Positions 8,717 through 17,575 of a stretch of 64,000 nt of DNA are shown here, one piece after another. Each line of letters begins with the position of its first letter. Positions within the stretch are counted from its first letter, which is position 1. The DNA lies in NCBI GenBank assembly GCA_031425695.1, contig JANPJV010000314.1:2293-66292 (forward strand), given 5' to 3'. A model generated the notes under the pieces. The model saw only the letters and a program-made list of their open reading frames with translations, was not told the DNA's origin and ran no database searches. Source of the stretch: Rhodanobacteraceae bacterium (GTDB lineage: Bacteria > Pseudomonadota > Gammaproteobacteria > Xanthomonadales > SZUA-5). The translations under genes and the position numbers were made by a program.

Positions 8717-8760
8717 ATCATTGCTCGCCGGCTACGCGTCTGGCTTGTGACGCGCGTCAA
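8717..8760 (-). promoter_or_regulatory. putative Mor/C-type activator-dependent promoter upstream of dam (dyad copy 3)
   Basis: Minus strand reads TTGACGCGCGTCACAAG (8760..8744; perfect 12-bp palindrome TGACGCGCGTCA at 8748-8759). A -10-like AATGAT (8722..8717) sits at the same spacing as in the copies at 22841 and 34712. Confidence 0.45.
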
Positions 8761-9107
8761 TCGAAGAGTGAGGGCTGATCCGGTGCTGCAAGTTGCTCCA
8801 GGCGCCGGATGACGCGGTAGACGTGACCGTCGGAGAGCTTGTAGCGCCGCACCAGGTCGATGATCGAAACCCCGGCCCGATAGTCCGCGAACATTCGAAG
8901 GTCTCGCTCGGACGTCAGATTTTCCATTGCCTTGCGGATGTAAACCGTCTGGCCGGCGTATTGCTGCCAAACGTCGAACATGCAGGCCTCGGCAATGTCC
9001 TGAGCCTCGGCCTCGTCGATGCAGACACGGCGTTCCATGAGCGATGCGCGCAAAGCCGCGATCGCATCCTGGATCACCCCGCGACCGTCGACGAGGCGCT
9101 CGTTCAC
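8757..9107 (-). CDS. mor: Mor-family transcriptional activator
   Basis: C-terminal HTH GVSIIDLVRRYKLSDGHVYRVIRRL, typical of the Mu Mor/C family. GTG 9107 gives a GTGA overlap with the gp16-like stop. The track ORF extends to ATG 9182, an alternative start with a 79-nt overlap. Confidence 0.7.
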   Translation of the reverse strand: MNERLVDGRGVIQDAIAALRASLMERRVCIDEAEAQDIAEACMFDVWQQYAGQTVYIRKAMENLTSERDLRMFADYRAGVSIIDLVRRYKLSDGHVYRVIRRLEQLAAPDQPSLFD

Positions 9108-9607
9108 TTGGCCGCGCTCCGACGAGTCTTGCCTGGCAGACGATCCACCGCGTTGACCCGGATTTTCAGCCGCTTGCACCACTGGATCAGGTGCTCAGCG
9201 ACCTTTTGGCGAATCTCGGCCGTGAGCATTTCCGGGGCGCCCTCCCCGACTTGCTCGGGGTTCGACTTGCCCCAGTGGCGAATCCAAGCGCGCAGCGCCG
9301 ACGGGGAACGGTCCTGGATTGCGCCGTGGCGCGCCAGGGAGCCCCACAGGGCGTAGATCAGCCGGACCTGCGGCGGTGCCTTGTCAGCGGCGGCGGGGCG
9401 CGCCTGCTGCTTGGGCTTGGGGCGCCAGCCCTTGGCCATCAGGTGCGCGAGGACCTGGCTGCGCTCGTGCGCATCCAGGTCCTTCGAGCTGCGTTTGCGG
9501 GTGACCGTAAACAGCATGTCCCGGTAGGTATCGTCGTCGAGGCCCAGATCCTTCTTGGCGATGTGGATCTGGGAGAGATCGGATTTGCGCAGGTTCGCGG
9601 CGGTCAT
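9104..9607 (-). CDS. Mu gp16/GemA-like protein (DUF1018)
   Basis: 167 aa from ATG 9607 inside track ORF 9104..10030. Signature LSQIHIAKKDLGLDDDTYRDMLF. ATGA overlap with the upstream ORF. Confidence 0.75.
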   Translation of the reverse strand: MTAANLRKSDLSQIHIAKKDLGLDDDTYRDMLFTVTRKRSSKDLDAHERSQVLAHLMAKGWRPKPKQQARPAAADKAPPQVRLIYALWGSLARHGAIQDRSPSALRAWIRHWGKSNPEQVGEGAPEMLTAEIRQKVAEHLIQWCKRLKIRVNAVDRLPGKTRRSAAK

Positions 9608-9861
9608 GGCAGCGGGTCGCTCATGCGCAGCACCCGCACGCCACCGGCAGTGTCCGGCGACATCACCAGCGCGATGGTCAAGTGGGCGTCGGCGCCGACG
9701 AACCACTCGTCCGGATCCCGTGCGGAAAGCGTGTTGCGAAGCGTCTCGACGGTTCCGAGAGACTTCCGCCCGTCCACGCCGAACAGCTCGATCTGATCCT
9801 CCGGCTTCAATGCCGGATGACCGAGCAGGGCGAGCATTTCGCGGTTGCGAAGCGGGCTCAT
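9604..9861 (-). CDS. hypothetical early protein
   Basis: 85 aa, ATGA-coupled on both sides within the early operon. Confidence 0.6.
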   Translation of the reverse strand: MSPLRNREMLALLGHPALKPEDQIELFGVDGRKSLGTVETLRNTLSARDPDEWFVGADAHLTIALVMSPDTAGGVRVLRMSDPLP

Positions 9862-10370
9862 GGCTCGACGTTCCCGAGAAGCGCCACCAGGAGCGAGTCG
9901 AGCTCGCTGTCTTGCGGCCTGCAGAAGGATTCGTTGCTGCCGTCAATGCGTTCGACTTTGAGGCGCTTGAGGGCCGCGTCGTCGAGCTGGGCAAGCGCCG
10001 CCTTGATGGCGGTCTCGCTGACCTGCACAAAGCTGGCGTGATTCTCCGGATAGAGGCGCCGGATCAGCGCGATGGTCTTTTCCTCGTTGGCAATCTCGAG
10101 CCGGTCACGGCTCTTCTTGAAGCCGACCTTGACGCCCGAAATCACAAGCGATTTCGGATCCTCGAACAGCTCGGGCGCCGCGGTGACCAGCTCGTGCGTT
10201 GCCAGATGCGCGGCAGCAACACGAGCCATCAAGCGCCGGATGCCGGCGACGTGGCGCTTCTTGACCTGGTCGACCTGCTTTTGCAGCACGGCGACCTTGG
10301 CCGCGAGCCGCTCGCGCTCGCCGGAAAGCTTGGTACAGGAACGTTCGATCTTCTGCAGTTTGTTGCTCAT
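9858..10370 (-). CDS. gam: Gam-like host-nuclease inhibitor (putative)
   Basis: 170 aa from ATG 10370. N-terminal coiled coil (ERERLAAKVAVLQKQVDQVKKRH), then a layout resembling Mu Gam in size and topology (ISGVKVGFKKSRDRLEI...FVQVSETAIKAAL). Confidence 0.55.
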   Translation of the reverse strand: MSNKLQKIERSCTKLSGERERLAAKVAVLQKQVDQVKKRHVAGIRRLMARVAAAHLATHELVTAAPELFEDPKSLVISGVKVGFKKSRDRLEIANEEKTIALIRRLYPENHASFVQVSETAIKAALAQLDDAALKRLKVERIDGSNESFCRPQDSELDSLLVALLGNVEP

Positions 10371-10738
10371 GCTGGTGGCTCCAGTCGGATGCGGAGTTGC
10401 CCAGCCAGGTCGGGGAGTGAAACCTTGCGCATCGCGGCGACCTGCTTCAGCCCGGTCATGCCGCGTCGGTAGAGGAACATGCAGGTGGCCGAGAGCTCGC
10501 CCTCGTCGGCCGCCATGAAGTAGCCATGCTCCGGTGTCGCACAAACGTGGTGCCCGCGGAGACGCAGATCGACAACCAGGTGCCGCAGCTGGCGATCGTT
10601 GACCAGGTCCTTTTCCGCCATGCGGTTGACCGCTTCCGCAAGCGCCCGGGCGGGCATACCTCGCGGGGCGCCGACGTGCAGCGACAGCACGGCCAGGAGG
10701 ACCTGGTGCTCCTGGGTGAGTGGCGGTAGTTCCGTCAT
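10367..10738 (-). CDS. hypothetical early protein (winged-helix-like)
   Basis: 123 aa from ATG 10738 (MTELPPLTQEHQVLLAVL...). ATGA-coupled. Confidence 0.6.
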   Translation of the reverse strand: MTELPPLTQEHQVLLAVLSLHVGAPRGMPARALAEAVNRMAEKDLVNDRQLRHLVVDLRLRGHHVCATPEHGYFMAADEGELSATCMFLYRRGMTGLKQVAAMRKVSLPDLAGQLRIRLEPPA

Positions 10739-11301
10739 AGCCCGAATTCCTCTTTGAGCTTCGCGCGTTTCACCCTGTAGGTCTCTTCGTCGATGACCTT
10801 CAGGCGTAGATCGTTGGTCAAGTCGGCTTGCCGCTCCTGGAACTTCGCGCGCAGCGCAGCGGCCGCATTGCGGTCGCCGGTGCGCATGGCGGTTTCCATT
10901 TCGCGCTCTGCTTTCGCCGTCCCCTGCGAGGCCTGCGCAGCGACGATCTCGAGGAGGTAGCCGTGGGACTTGAGCGGCATGGCCAGCTTGCCGGCATCCC
11001 GCAACTCGCACATCGACTGCAGCGCGTTAATCCACAAGACCGTCGGCGCCGCGTACTCCTCGCCGCGGCGCAGAACGAACTGGCCAGAGATCTGCGGGAC
11101 GATCGCTGACAACAGGCGCTCGGCACGGTCATTCGAGAGCGCGCGCTTCGCGGGGCGGAACATGCCGATGTAGTGGGCCATGAGCCGGCCCAGCTCACCC
11201 GAGAGCGATAGCGCCTGGTAGAGGGCGCCGCGTCCCGCTGCAAGCTCGATCGCGGCGGCGAGTTCGAACTGGCTCTGGCAGTTTGGGCAGGCGAGCTTCA
11301 T
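10735..11301 (-). CDS. hypothetical early protein with N-terminal zinc-ribbon-like CPNC
   Basis: 188 aa from ATG 11301 (MKLACPNCQSQFELAAA...). ATGA-coupled. Confidence 0.6.
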   Translation of the reverse strand: MKLACPNCQSQFELAAAIELAAGRGALYQALSLSGELGRLMAHYIGMFRPAKRALSNDRAERLLSAIVPQISGQFVLRRGEEYAAPTVLWINALQSMCELRDAGKLAMPLKSHGYLLEIVAAQASQGTAKAEREMETAMRTGDRNAAAALRAKFQERQADLTNDLRLKVIDEETYRVKRAKLKEEFGL

Positions 11302-12161
11302 GCGGGCAGCTCGTCCCACGTGCGGCCATCGAGCAAGCGGCCAGTGGCCTTCTTGCTCTCGCCGCCCCATTGCTTGAAGAAGAACGGGACACGGAACCCA
11401 ATGCACTGCTCGCGCAGGGAGCGAACCCACTCTGGATGCATCGGGCGCGCGCCGCGACCGCTTTCACCGCCGCAGATAACCCAGTCGACGCCGAGCGTCA
11501 TACCCATCACGGCTGCGGCCTGATCACGGTTCAGCGCTGCGGGAGAACTCATGGCCTCCCGGATCGCGTCCCGAACCAGTAGCTTGCATCCGCAGGCACA
11601 AAAGCGATTGAGTTCGATAGCCCCAAGCATCGGCTCGATCGACACAAACCTGCGCGCGGCCTTGGTTCGAAACAGCCAGGGCACGCGCTCGTCATAAGTG
11701 CCCTGATCTTCGGCACTGACTCCCAGGTGCACGTTCGGCAACGGCCAATCGCGGCCCGCTGCGAAGGCGCTGTTGACGTAGTCGTGCATTCGCTTGGCGC
11801 GCTTGGTCAGCACCTGAAACGTGTGCTGCGACGCCGCGGCCATCGTCGCGAAAACCTCGCTGATCCACTCGTCCGGCACCGCCTCATGGAACAGGTCGCC
11901 GTGCGCGCAGACGAAGATCCGCCGCGGCCTCGCCCAGCGCAGCGGCTGAACCATCCACGCCTCATTGCGCCGTACCAGGCCATTCCAAACCGGGCCGGCT
12001 TTGGATGCAACCGTTAGGCCGGCGCGCGACGGGTGGTTGCGCATGCGAGTGCCTGCCAGCTTCATCGCATAACAGTGCTTGCAGCCGGCGCTGATGACGC
12101 TGCAACCGGTGATCGGGTTCCAGGTGGCATCGGTCCATTCGATTGATGAGTGCTCAGCCAC
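11298..12161 (-). CDS. phage Gp37/Gp68 family protein (DUF5131-like)
   Basis: 287 aa from GTG 12161, preceded by GGAAGGGAGGG. N-terminus AEHSSIEWTDATWNPITGCSVISAGCKHCYA is the family signature; the C-terminus carries VPFFFKQWGG. Confidence 0.75.
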   Translation of the reverse strand: MAEHSSIEWTDATWNPITGCSVISAGCKHCYAMKLAGTRMRNHPSRAGLTVASKAGPVWNGLVRRNEAWMVQPLRWARPRRIFVCAHGDLFHEAVPDEWISEVFATMAAASQHTFQVLTKRAKRMHDYVNSAFAAGRDWPLPNVHLGVSAEDQGTYDERVPWLFRTKAARRFVSIEPMLGAIELNRFCACGCKLLVRDAIREAMSSPAALNRDQAAAVMGMTLGVDWVICGGESGRGARPMHPEWVRSLREQCIGFRVPFFFKQWGGESKKATGRLLDGRTWDELPA

Positions 12162-12351
12162 GAGCCCTCCCTTCCAACTTTTCCTTTGCGTCGACCAACG
12201 CGATGTCGAGCAGCTGCGGAAGCCGCTGCTCTTCTGTCCGCGCCCAAGGTTTCGTAATCCACTGTTCCGGCAGAGCGGTCTGGCTGGCTTTGGAAACCGC
12301 CTTGCCGTTGACCAAGACTTCAACCGTTACCCGAACCTGCAGAAGACTCAT
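12154..12351 (-). CDS. hypothetical small early protein
   Basis: 65 aa, with an ATGA overlap upstream and an 8-nt overlap downstream. Confidence 0.5.
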   Translation of the reverse strand: MSLLQVRVTVEVLVNGKAVSKASQTALPEQWITKPWARTEEQRLPQLLDIALVDAKEKLEGRARG

Positions 12352-12695
12352 GACGGGTTCTCCAGCTTCGCGCGGTCGATGGAACCGATCAGCCCGAGCG
12401 CTTCGCTGTAGGCCGCGTCACGGTTGCGCGCGCCCTCTTTGTCGCGTGCGTACTGGCGGTCGTTGCGGTATTCGGTGCGCTGGGACGGGCCGAGTTCCAC
12501 GACCTTTTCCGCCTCGTCCCTGAGCGTCTTCAGCACCCAGTCGATGGCCGATTGCTCGGAGCCGCGCCCGCTCTTGCGAGCGCCACGGTACATGCCCTGC
12601 ACCCGTCCCCGAAGGTGCGGTCGCAGCTCGATCAGGCGCCGGAGCGCCGGAGGGATCGGCGCCAGCGGCGTGGCAGTGGATGCGGTAGCGGTCAT
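12348..12695 (-). CDS. hypothetical early protein
   Basis: 115 aa from ATG 12695 (MTATASTATPLAPIPPALRRLIEL...), starting 5 nt after the B gene stop. Confidence 0.6.
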   Translation of the reverse strand: MTATASTATPLAPIPPALRRLIELRPHLRGRVQGMYRGARKSGRGSEQSAIDWVLKTLRDEAEKVVELGPSQRTEYRNDRQYARDKEGARNRDAAYSEALGLIGSIDRAKLENPS

Positions 12696-12699
12696 GGCG

Positions 12700-13926
12700 T
12701 CAGACCTCCCGCACCAGCTGCGCGCTGATCTTGTCGAAACCAAGCTCGACGGCCTGGTTCAATGCCCGCACGAGCGCGTTGTTGACGTTCAGCGGGTAGC
12801 TGTGGTCCTCCGGGATGTTGCTGCCCTGCCGCGACAACAACAGGCGCTGCCGAAGGGCCTGCAGTGCATCCTTCTCGAAAAGCTTCTCGATGGCGTCTTT
12901 CCCGAGCACGCGAACGAGCTTGTGCTCGACGTAGCCGGCCAGGTCATCACCGAGTGGTCGAAGCGTCGCCACTTCGCAGCGCCGGATGAACTCGCGGATC
13001 TTCGAGTTCTTGCGCTCGTCCAGGATCAACTTCAGCTCGGGCTGGCCGATCAGGATGATGCCGAGCAGCTTGCGGAAGCCGTCCTCCAGCTCCCAGAAGC
13101 GCTTGAGGTAGCGGAGCATGTCCATCGACAGGTCGTGCGCTTCTTCGATCAGCAGCACGTGCGTATTGCCTGCGGCTGCGCTCTCCGCCAGCACACGCTC
13201 GACCTGCCGTGCCAAGCCCTCAAGATCAGATTTCGGGGTTTCCGAGCTGACGTCTGCGAGGACCGCCTGGCAGACGTGATTGGCGGTCAGCTTCCGCTTG
13301 TCCGTGCACTTCACCTTGATGACGGTGATTCGCTCTTCGCTGCGCGCCAGGCGCTCGATCAGGTTGCGTTTCAGTGTCGACTTTCCGGCGCCGCTCTCGC
13401 CGATCACCGCGAGCAGCCCGTTGTGTTTGGCCGCGTAGTACATCGCCTCGCCCACGAAGCGCATGTCGCGGCTGATGAAGACGTCCCGGCCGCAGGTGAT
13501 GTCGTTGTTGCCGAACGGGTTCTGGTGCAGGTTGAAATGACGGCGAGCGGCCTCTGAAAGCATTTCGGACTCCGGGACGGTTTGGCTGAAGGTTGGTGCA
13601 GCTTTCTCGCGGCTCGCCGGCCGGCTTTCTTCCGGGGGACGGGAGTCCGAGGTGGCGACCTCGGGCTCCCAGAGTCCATCGACGCTCTGCCCGGTTGCGG
13701 CGACGGCACGCTCGATTCTTTTTCTGATCTCCTCCGTGTCGTAGCCGACTGGCCAGATGCCGTGGTTGCACAGGTAGTGCAGCGTGGTGCGGCTGATCCG
13801 ATTGCCGAGCCGGCCGTGTTTGATATCGGCCAGCTCGGCCGCGAGATGGGCTGTCGAGATCCGGCCGCGCCGCATGGCGCTCTTGAGCCCGATGGCCGGG
13901 TTCATGGCGTGGTCGGGGTTTCTCAT
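12700..13926 (-). CDS. transposition ATPase B (MuB-like, ExeA-type AAA+)
   Basis: 408 aa: N-terminal HTH-like region, Walker A GESGAGKST and Walker B HVLLIEEAH. Lies downstream of transposase A. Confidence 0.85.
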   Translation of the reverse strand: MRNPDHAMNPAIGLKSAMRRGRISTAHLAAELADIKHGRLGNRISRTTLHYLCNHGIWPVGYDTEEIRKRIERAVAATGQSVDGLWEPEVATSDSRPPEESRPASREKAAPTFSQTVPESEMLSEAARRHFNLHQNPFGNNDITCGRDVFISRDMRFVGEAMYYAAKHNGLLAVIGESGAGKSTLKRNLIERLARSEERITVIKVKCTDKRKLTANHVCQAVLADVSSETPKSDLEGLARQVERVLAESAAAGNTHVLLIEEAHDLSMDMLRYLKRFWELEDGFRKLLGIILIGQPELKLILDERKNSKIREFIRRCEVATLRPLGDDLAGYVEHKLVRVLGKDAIEKLFEKDALQALRQRLLLSRQGSNIPEDHSYPLNVNNALVRALNQAVELGFDKISAQLVREV

Positions 13927-14132
13927 GGGACGGCCTCGAAGCAGGTAAACGCCTTCGTTCCGCGGATACGGCCATCATTGGCGAGCGCGAGCAGCGCGTT
14001 GCTGACAGTCGCCGGGTAAGGACCGGCCGTCTGCACGAACGCCTGGAACACTTCCGCGTCGGTCGCTTGCTTGCCCGGCCGGTTTGCAATGAACGCGTGA
14101 ATTCGAGACTTGAGCGGCGCCTTCTTGGTCAT
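13923..14132 (-). CDS. hypothetical small early protein
   Basis: 69 aa from ATG 14132 (MTKKAPLKSRIHAFI...), with ATGA overlaps on both sides. Confidence 0.55.
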   Translation of the reverse strand: MTKKAPLKSRIHAFIANRPGKQATDAEVFQAFVQTAGPYPATVSNALLALANDGRIRGTKAFTCFEAVP

Positions 14133-14413
14133 GACTGCGCCTCCCATTGGAGGCGTGTCTGCACGCGCTCCAGCATGTAGCTGCGCAGGGGCTCGTTCAG
14201 CTCATCGTTGGCGCGCTGCGCGATCAGTGCCTGTTTGACCAAGGCGGCCTGATCGACCAGCGTGTAAACGGAATCCCAATGCGCACCGGCGTCGTCACCG
14301 TTGCGAAGGAAATTCACCCCCTGGGCTGCCCACAGCGCGGCCAGGTCGAGCAGCTCGAACAGTTTCAGTTCGAGGTCGCAGCGCCCATCGAGCACATCGT
14401 CTTGGGCGCTCAT
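14129..14413 (-). CDS. hypothetical early protein
   Basis: 94 aa, acidic, ATGA-coupled. Confidence 0.55.
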   Translation of the reverse strand: MSAQDDVLDGRCDLELKLFELLDLAALWAAQGVNFLRNGDDAGAHWDSVYTLVDQAALVKQALIAQRANDELNEPLRSYMLERVQTRLQWEAQS

Positions 14414-14649
14414 GACGGCATCATCCCGGCCCGCCTGGAGGCTTCCTGGTGCGCCGTCTCTTCAGCGCACCGCAGGTAGGCGCGCATCAGCGACACGCGC
14501 TTGTTGAAATCGCGCAAATTCACCTGGATGCCATCCGAACCCGCGCGCAGGAACTCGTCCACCGCATCGAAAGCGGCGACGGTTACAGGGTTGTCGAGCA
14601 CATCTTCATCAAACCGCCTCACGGCGGGTGCAGCAGTCTTGTCGGGCAT
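14410..14649 (-). CDS. hypothetical early protein
   Basis: 79 aa, immediately downstream of transposase A. Confidence 0.55.
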   Translation of the reverse strand: MPDKTAAPAVRRFDEDVLDNPVTVAAFDAVDEFLRAGSDGIQVNLRDFNKRVSLMRAYLRCAEETAHQEASRRAGMMPS

Positions 14650-14655
14650 GGTTGG

Positions 14656-16401
14656 CTACCGGACTAGGGCCAGACGCGGGCGCTCCTCCTGAGCAGGCTG
14701 CGAGAGGCGGTTGACGATCTCCCCGAGATCCGTCTCGGGGACTCCTTGTGGGTACCACTCGGCAACGAGCTCGCGCTCGGGGCTCGATATCGGCCGGCCA
14801 AGCCACTCGCGCAGCGCGCGCAGGGCCTCGACCAGGGAAAGGGGTTTCAGCTCGACCTGCACGGGGTTCGGTACGTGCAGATCCGTGCCGCGGCGAGCGA
14901 TGTGTTGGGGCGCGGCTGCGGCCTTGGCGGCGATGTCCTTCCAGACGTCGAAGCGCCCCTCGTGCGCGGGTACGCCCTTCGCGCGCAGCTTCTCGACTTC
15001 ACCGGAATCGGCGGTGCCGTAGGCCAGCTGGTTCTGCGCTTTGCGCGCCTTGTCGGCGCCGGTGTCGGGCTTTGCGGCGTAGGCCTCGCCGATGATCGGG
15101 GCGAGCACTGAAAACCCAGCTGCGTTCGTTTCTTGCGGTTCGCAGACGTGAAACCGCGTCTTGCCTTCCGCGTCTTCGCGCACGATGCAGATCGCTGGCG
15201 CGCGGTAGGCATTCACCACAACCTGCAGTACTTCGCCGACGCGGATATCTGGAACGTGGTCGACGCCGTAGGTACGGCCCTGCCATTGCACGGTCAGATC
15301 ACCGCGCACCGTGCGCGGCTCCGGCTTGCTGGTCAGCAGCTCGCGGCAGATCTGCTCGTCCGGGCGGTTGCGCAGTTGGCTCGCCTGCACCGTCTGCCAA
15401 AGGCCATAGCGGGTGTGGCCGTGCCGGGAGTGGATTGCGCAAGCGTTCTGCGCGATCAGCCAGTCGTCGAGCCGTTCGTTGAGTTGCTCGACCGTCGGTA
15501 CGCGCGTGAAGGCGAGCCGCGATTCGAAGCGGGTCTCGACGATGTTGTTGCCGTTCTCGACCTGACCCTTCGCGCGGCTATTCCCCTGGGTGTGCGCCCA
15601 ATGGCGCACCTGGAGCGCGGTGAGCAGCTCCTGGATGCCGTGCGAAGTGTTGGCCGAGCCCTTGTCCCAGATCAGGCAATAGGGAACGCCGCGCATGATG
15701 TGTGCGGCATTCGTCGGCAGCATCGCCGACATCAGGAACTGGAACAGAACCGCCTGGTTCTCGCCCAGCGCTTCGAAGTAGCGCGCGTAGATGGACCCGC
15801 TGTAGTGGTCCGTCTGAACGTAACGCCACACGCGCAGCGGCGTCATCTTTGCCACGTAGTCCGGCTTGTTCTTGTAGAACTGGCGCTCGTCCAGCACCCG
15901 AACGCCGTCGCGCTGCGAGTAGTAGACGATGCAGATCGAGGGGTCGACCTGCCAGACGTGGTTGGGGTGCAGCGATTGCAGCTGGGTGTGCGGGCGCGGT
16001 GCGCCGACCTGCTTTCGGTGCAGGTCGTATTGGGTGAAAAGCCGCAGGGCCGTCGCGCCTGAGATCCGCGTTGTGAGCCAGCCGTTAGAGAGCGCCATGT
16101 CGATCGCGTCGTCGACGCTGCCGAGCCACTTGCCGTTGACGCGCCGGCACCCGGCTCCGGACCACAGGGTGGAAAGCGTCAGCAGCTCGTCGTAGCTGAT
16201 CTTGCTGTCACCTTTGTCGCTGCGCAGCTTGCGTTCCTTCGCGGCTCCGATCTCTCGCAGGCGCCGGTAGAACGTTGGCGCCGAGCAGCCAAGCCAGTGC
16301 GTGGCTTCCGCCACGATGCCGTCTTTCTCGCCGTGGCCCGCATTGCGCAGGCGCTCGGCGAATCCGCGCAGCATGTCCAGCTCGGCGAGCCCGGCGCGCA
16401 T
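14656..16401 (-). CDS. Mu-like DDE transposase A
   Basis: 581 aa: N-terminal HTH (WLGCSAPTFYRRLREIG) and an integrase-core (rve) region. DDE candidates are HVWQVDPS, CLIWDKGSANTS and RAKGQVENGNN. Confidence 0.9.
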   Translation of the reverse strand: MRAGLAELDMLRGFAERLRNAGHGEKDGIVAEATHWLGCSAPTFYRRLREIGAAKERKLRSDKGDSKISYDELLTLSTLWSGAGCRRVNGKWLGSVDDAIDMALSNGWLTTRISGATALRLFTQYDLHRKQVGAPRPHTQLQSLHPNHVWQVDPSICIVYYSQRDGVRVLDERQFYKNKPDYVAKMTPLRVWRYVQTDHYSGSIYARYFEALGENQAVLFQFLMSAMLPTNAAHIMRGVPYCLIWDKGSANTSHGIQELLTALQVRHWAHTQGNSRAKGQVENGNNIVETRFESRLAFTRVPTVEQLNERLDDWLIAQNACAIHSRHGHTRYGLWQTVQASQLRNRPDEQICRELLTSKPEPRTVRGDLTVQWQGRTYGVDHVPDIRVGEVLQVVVNAYRAPAICIVREDAEGKTRFHVCEPQETNAAGFSVLAPIIGEAYAAKPDTGADKARKAQNQLAYGTADSGEVEKLRAKGVPAHEGRFDVWKDIAAKAAAAPQHIARRGTDLHVPNPVQVELKPLSLVEALRALREWLGRPISSPERELVAEWYPQGVPETDLGEIVNRLSQPAQEERPRLALVR

Positions 16402-16404
16402 CGG

Positions 16405-17247
16405 TTACTCCCCGATCAACGCGGTCAATTCACGGAGGCGCTCCGCAAGCGGCTTGACCAGGCCGGTGATGGTCTCCTCGATCTCGGCCGGAACCGGTGC
16501 ATTGGCTTGGTCGTAAACAGCCCGCGTGGCGCGCACGGCGCGGCCAAACTTGGCCAGCACACTCGCGAGCTCGACGCCGGCTTTGGCCGCGTCCTGCAGG
16601 ATCTCGTCCGCTTTCTCGTCCGTGCCAGAGCGGCCCCAGTAGCGCAGGCGCTTGTCGAGATCGTTGATCTTCTGATCTTTGCCCTGGACGATCTCGTCGC
16701 GTGCCTTGCCGACCTCGCGCAGCTTTGAGACCTCGGTCCGCAGCTCCTTGGTGGACATGCGGTCGATGTCGCTCTGGGTGAACCCAGGCACTTCGCCGGC
16801 CGCGATTTCCTCGAGCGTCTCGTCGTCGAGGACGGCCAGCTCCAGCAGCTTCGAACTGACGTGCTGGCCGGCCAGCAGCCGTTTGCCGTCGCTGCCCGAC
16901 AGCTTCCGCGCAGCGGCCATGCACTTCTGTGCGAACCGCGGCGACACATTGAGGCTGTCGAGCACTTCCAGGAAGGTTCCCGGTGGCTCGTGTCCTTTCA
17001 GCAACTCGAACACGCGCCCGAGCTGCAGCATGCGCATGCCGGTTTCGACCACCAGGGTCTGGGCTGCGCGGAACAGCGTGTCGCGGTCATACGGGCCAGT
17101 CAGGCCGTAGCGTGCGTCGAACTCAGCCAGCGCCTGGCGCTGTGCCTCAACCTTCGCAGCGTCGTCGAGAATGGTCTGCGGTGACGACGTGGGCAGCGTG
17201 GGGCCGACAATCCCAGGTGCGGCGATTTCTTTTGCTGTGCGTGGCAT
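16405..17247 (-). CDS. hypothetical early protein (DUF3102-like, helical)
   Basis: 280 aa, directly upstream of the transposase as in B3-type phages. The family call is from memory only. Confidence 0.6.
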   Translation of the reverse strand: MPRTAKEIAAPGIVGPTLPTSSPQTILDDAAKVEAQRQALAEFDARYGLTGPYDRDTLFRAAQTLVVETGMRMLQLGRVFELLKGHEPPGTFLEVLDSLNVSPRFAQKCMAAARKLSGSDGKRLLAGQHVSSKLLELAVLDDETLEEIAAGEVPGFTQSDIDRMSTKELRTEVSKLREVGKARDEIVQGKDQKINDLDKRLRYWGRSGTDEKADEILQDAAKAGVELASVLAKFGRAVRATRAVYDQANAPVPAEIEETITGLVKPLAERLRELTALIGE

Positions 17248-17260
17248 ACAACCTCAGGGC

Positions 17261-17575
17261 TCAGTAGGGTTGGCGGGAGTAGCGGTTCTCGATCTCCTCC
17301 ACCTGCGCGCGCAGGCGGGCGAGACCGGTTTGATGGGAAATGGCGATCTGGACGAGCTTTGGGCCGAGCCGCCAGTTGCCGGATTCGAGGCGCTCGACGA
17401 AGCCCGCCGCGCGCAGGTTGCGGAGGTCGTTGTGGACCATCGGGGCCGACCACTTGCCGGACTTACAGATGGCGCCCTGCGTCAGGCCTTCGGCCTCGCG
17501 CCCGGCCAGCACCTGCAGGATCTGGGCGACGCGCTGCTGCGCGTCGTTGGTGCGGTAGGAGTCGGCCTCGCTCAT
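17261..17575 (-). CDS. winged-helix (IclR-type HTH) DNA-binding protein
   Basis: 104 aa from ATG 17575. AQRVAQILQVLAGREAEGLTQGAICKSGKWSAPMVHNDLRNLRAAGFVERLESGNWRLGPKL matches the IclR N-terminal wHTH pattern. Confidence 0.6.
   Translation of the reverse strand: MSEADSYRTNDAQQRVAQILQVLAGREAEGLTQGAICKSGKWSAPMVHNDLRNLRAAGFVERLESGNWRLGPKLVQIAISHQTGLARLRAQVEEIENRYSRQPY

Noticed and set aside
9104-10030. N-terminally extended versions of track ORFs: 9104..10030, 9858..10544, 10367..11011, 10735..11430, 11298..12323, 12348..12743, 17261..17710, 17572..18312, 59015..60574, 36..1493, 26880..27872, 30480..32465.
   Set aside because: The extensions overlap the upstream gene in another frame and are Arg/Pro-rich. 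Internal ATG/GTG starts that create ATGA/GTGA overlaps or have Shine-Dalgarno sequences give products starting with the conserved family N-termini.
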